Of a stretch of 64,000 bases of DNA, positions 60,956 through 64,000 are shown one piece after another. A model generated the notes under the pieces. That model saw only the letters and a list, made by a program, of their open reading frames with translations, searched no databases and was not told where the DNA came from. Position 1 is the first letter of the stretch; each line of letters begins with the position of its first letter. Location of the stretch: the NCBI GenBank assembly GCA_051313645.2, contig JBNRSN020000016.1, positions 22,444,001-22,508,000 of the forward strand, written 5' to 3'. The position numbers and the translations under genes are program-made. This stretch comes from Centroscyllium fabricii. Its lineage: Eukaryota.

Positions 60956-63203
60956 TGTTACCGAATTAACGACCTCGGAGACGAGATATTAAGAGGTGAA
61001 ACAATCGGCTTTTATTAGCTAAAGGTGGACATGCACCAGCTAGTCGACCGTCCCCAGGAATGGCTGGGGGAAGGGAGACGGCCGCTTATATACCTGGTCC
61101 TGGGAGGGAGGAGTCGCAGGCGGGGCCAGCATGGGCATGTCCAGGTAACAACACACAGAGAACTATTATACAACATGGTTATAGGTGATTACAGTAATAT
61201 ATACATATATATATATACAGAGTGGTTTACCACATTCACCCCTTCTTTAAAACGAAAGTCCGGCGGGGTGAATGCGACAGTTTTTTATTATCATTACAAG
61301 TCCAGCCTGTCGGGTGGCCTGGTTTGCCTGGTTGATCAGCGCACCGCTGGCGGTGGGGTCGGCGGACGTACTGTTGTTGGTTGAGCTGGTCGTAGCGGGG
61401 TCGGCGTGGGTGTTTGGTTCTTCGTCGGTGCCCTTGTGGTAAAGGTTAGCGGCGCGCTCTCCCACTCGTCGTCCGACTCTTGGCCGCGTGCACTATGGAG
61501 CCATGCCGGGAGCCATGCCGTGCTGCCTGCAGGTGCTGGGTGGGCGTACCGTGGTGCTGGAGCCTCGTGCTGAGCGACGTACCTTGGTGCAGCTGGCCCG
61601 GGGGGGGTGGCGGGCAGGCGCGGGGGCGTGGGCTGTTGGGCAGGGCTGGTCTCGTGGGCACCTGCTGGTGCCAGGTCCTTGATGGGCACTGTGTCCTCCC
61701 TCCCGTCGGGGTATGCCACGTAGGCGTACTGGGGATTGGCGTGCAGGAGGTGGACCCGTTCGAACAGGTGGTCCGACTTGTGGCCCCTCACGTGCTTCCG
61801 GAGTAGGACTGGTCCTGGGGACGATAGCCATGACGGCAGCGAGGTCCTGGAAGCCGACTTCCTAGGGAAGGCAAAAAGTCGCTCGTGAGGGGTGGCGTTA
61901 GTGGCCGTACAAAGGAGTGACCGGAAGGAGTGGAGCGCTTCGGGGACGACGTCCTGCCAGCGGGAGACTGGGAGGCCTTTAGACCGTAGGGCTAACAGGA
62001 TGGCCTTCCAGACAGTGGCGTTCTCCCTCTCTACCTGTCTGTTCCCCCGGGGGTTGTAGCTGGTAGTCCTGCTAGTAGCGATGCCTTTGGCTAGCAGAAA
62101 CTGACGCAGCTCGTCACTCATGAAAGAGGCTCCCCGGTCGCTATGGATGTAGCTGGGGTAGCCGAACAGGGAGAAAATGCTGTGGAGGGCCTTGATGACT
62201 GTGGCGGAGGTCATGTCTGGGCAGGGGATTGCGAAGGGGAAACGCGAGTACTCGTCGATGACGTTTAGAACGTACATGTTTCTGTTGGACGAGGGAAGGG
62301 GCCCTTTAAAGTCGACACTGAGTCGCTCAAAGGGGCGGGTGGCCTTGATCAGGTGCGCCCGGTCTGGCCGAAAAAAGTGCGGCTTGCACTCCGCACAGAC
62401 CTGGCAGTTCCTGGTCATGGTCTTGACCTCCTCGATGGAGATGGGGAGGTTGCGGGACTTAACAAAGTGGACCAACCTGGTGACCCCCGGGTGGCAGAGG
62501 TCATTGTGCAGGGTTTGGAGATGGTCTACTTGTGCTCTGGCACATGTACTGCGTGATAGGGTGTCTGGGGGCTCGTTGAATTTCCCGGGTCGGTACAAGA
62601 TATCATAATTGAAAGCGGAGAGCTCAATTCTCCACCTCAGTATCTTGTCGTTCTTGATTTTACCCCGCTCTTTGTTGTTGAACATAAAAGCGACTGAGCG
62701 TTGGTCAGTCAGCAGGGTAAATCGTTTGCCGGCCAGGTAGTGATTCCAGTGTCGCACTGCTTCAACGATGGCCTGGGCCTCCTTCTCCACGGAGGGGTGA
62801 CGGTTCTCGGGGCCCTGGAGGGTGCGCGAGAAGAAAGCCACGGGTCTGCCCGCCTGGTTAAGTGTAGCGGCCAGGGCAAAGTCCGATGCATCGCTCTCGA
62901 CCTGGAACGGGACGGCCTCGTCTACGGCGTGCATCGTTGCCTTTGCGATGTCATCCTTTATGCCGCATAAAGCCGCGCGGGCATCTGCTGACAGGGGGAA
63001 TGAGGTTGATCCATGGACATGCCCATGCTGGCCCCGCCTGTGACTCCTCCCTCCCAAGACCAGGTACATAAGCGGCCGTCTCCCTTCCCCCAGCCTTTCC
63101 TGGGGACGGTCGACTAGCTGGTGCATGTCCACCTTTAGCTAATAAAATTGTTACCGAATTAACGACCTCGGAGACGAGATATTAAGAGGTGAAACAATCG
63201 GCT
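60956..63203 (-). mobile_element. Gypsy lineage 2 fragment: RNase H-integrase, PPT, 3' LTR (60956-61234), plus rearranged LTR pieces at 63014-63203
   Basis: LTR TGTGGTAAACCAC...GGTAACA on the reverse strand; PPT 61235-61248 identical to 8002-8015. Confidence 0.92.
61336..63013 (-). CDS. pol: Gypsy pol C-terminal part (RNase H, HHCC, DDE integrase), open but 5'-truncated
   Basis: ESDASD, EKEA, TDQRS, LHNDLCHPG...CQVC, SVDFKGP, HSDRG, VEREN; first ~40 aa of the tracked ORF are antisense LTR. Confidence 0.88.
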
Positions 63204-63204
63204 G

Positions 63205-63665
63205 TTCTCCGTGTCTGTGTGGGTTTCCTCCGGGTGCTCCGGTTTCCTCCCACAGTCCAAAGATGTGCGGGTTAGGTTGATTAGCCATGATAAATTAACC
63301 CTTAGTGTTAGGGGGATTGAATATGTGGGGTTACGGGGTTAGGGTGGGATATGTGTCACTGCAGGCTCGAGAGGGATCGAGTGATATGGGGACAAGGCAG
63401 GGGCGGGGTACTGGGTTTGGATGATCAGCCATGATCTCATTGAATGGCGGAGCAGGCTCGAAGGGCCGAATGGCCTACTCCTGCTCCTATCTACTATGTT
63501 TCTATGTTTCTATGTAGTTCTTAGAGTTGGGGGTGTCGGGGGATCTGGGGAGAGGTTAGGAGCGGGGTGCTGGGTTTGGATGATCAGCCATGATCTCATC
63601 AAAATGGCGGAGCAGGCTCGAAGGGCTGAATGGCCTACTCCTGCTCCTATCTCCTGTGTTTCTGT
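63205..63665 (+). mobile_element. 5'-truncated V-SINE followed by a second SINE 3' end
   Basis: V-domain from 63205, tail near 63513, second 3' end 63514-63665 resembling the 5131 subtype. Confidence 0.85.
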
Positions 63666-63819
63666 GACTTTGTTGCACGGCAGCTCCATTCAGGGTGCGA
63701 TGAAGCAGGGTGGGAGGAAGCTGGTGTGGAGCATAAACACTGGCACAGACGAGTTGCGCCGAATGGCCTCTTTCTGTGCTGTAAATTCGATGTAACTTGA
63801 CTTTTCACTGAGGCAAAGC

Positions 63820-64000
63820 ATCATAGGAACATAGGAGAAGCAGTAGGCCATTTAGCCCCTCAAGCCTGTTCCGCCATTCGTGGCTGACCTGCCACCTAAC
63901 CCACCTTTGCGCCATATTTCTTAATACCTTTGGTTAACAGAAATCCATCAATCTCAGGTTTAAAATTAACAATTGATCGAGCGTCAATTACAGTTTGCGG
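63820..64000 (-). mobile_element. CR1 LINE 3' end (runs off window)
   Basis: reverse complement resembles 16500-16670. Confidence 0.7.

Noticed and set aside
61014-63146. DIRS-type element with inverted terminal repeats
   Set aside because: It encodes a DDE integrase and PPT with no tyrosine recombinase; the inverted piece is a partial LTR.

Overview
Eukaryotic, repeat-saturated DNA, most likely a cartilaginous fish (inferred from HE1/V-SINE-like, DeuSINE-like, CR1/L2 and Penelope-like repeats). No host gene is recognisable; two weak candidate exons lie on the minus strand. Contents: four 5'-truncated Rex1/Babar LINEs, one RTE-X-like LINE, many CR1/L2 fragments and SINEs, a full-length but mutated CsRN1-type Gypsy provirus (53681-58228), fragments and solo LTRs of a second Gypsy lineage, a Harbinger transposon with a deleted sister copy, nested MITEs and a 1.8-kb 30-bp minisatellite. 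Best leads: (1) the second Gypsy lineage appears to lack a tRNA PBS and instead has one complementary to its own LTR poly(A)-signal region, and 63014-63203 looks like a self-primed minus-strand strong-stop product fixed in the genome; (2) a gag/protease-coding Gypsy whose putative LTR carries an antisense 5S rRNA-derived Pol III control region; (3) three Gypsy-SINE fusions, one bounded by a TSD; (4) three Penelope-type minimal hammerhead ribozyme motifs. All calls were made by eye, without database searches.
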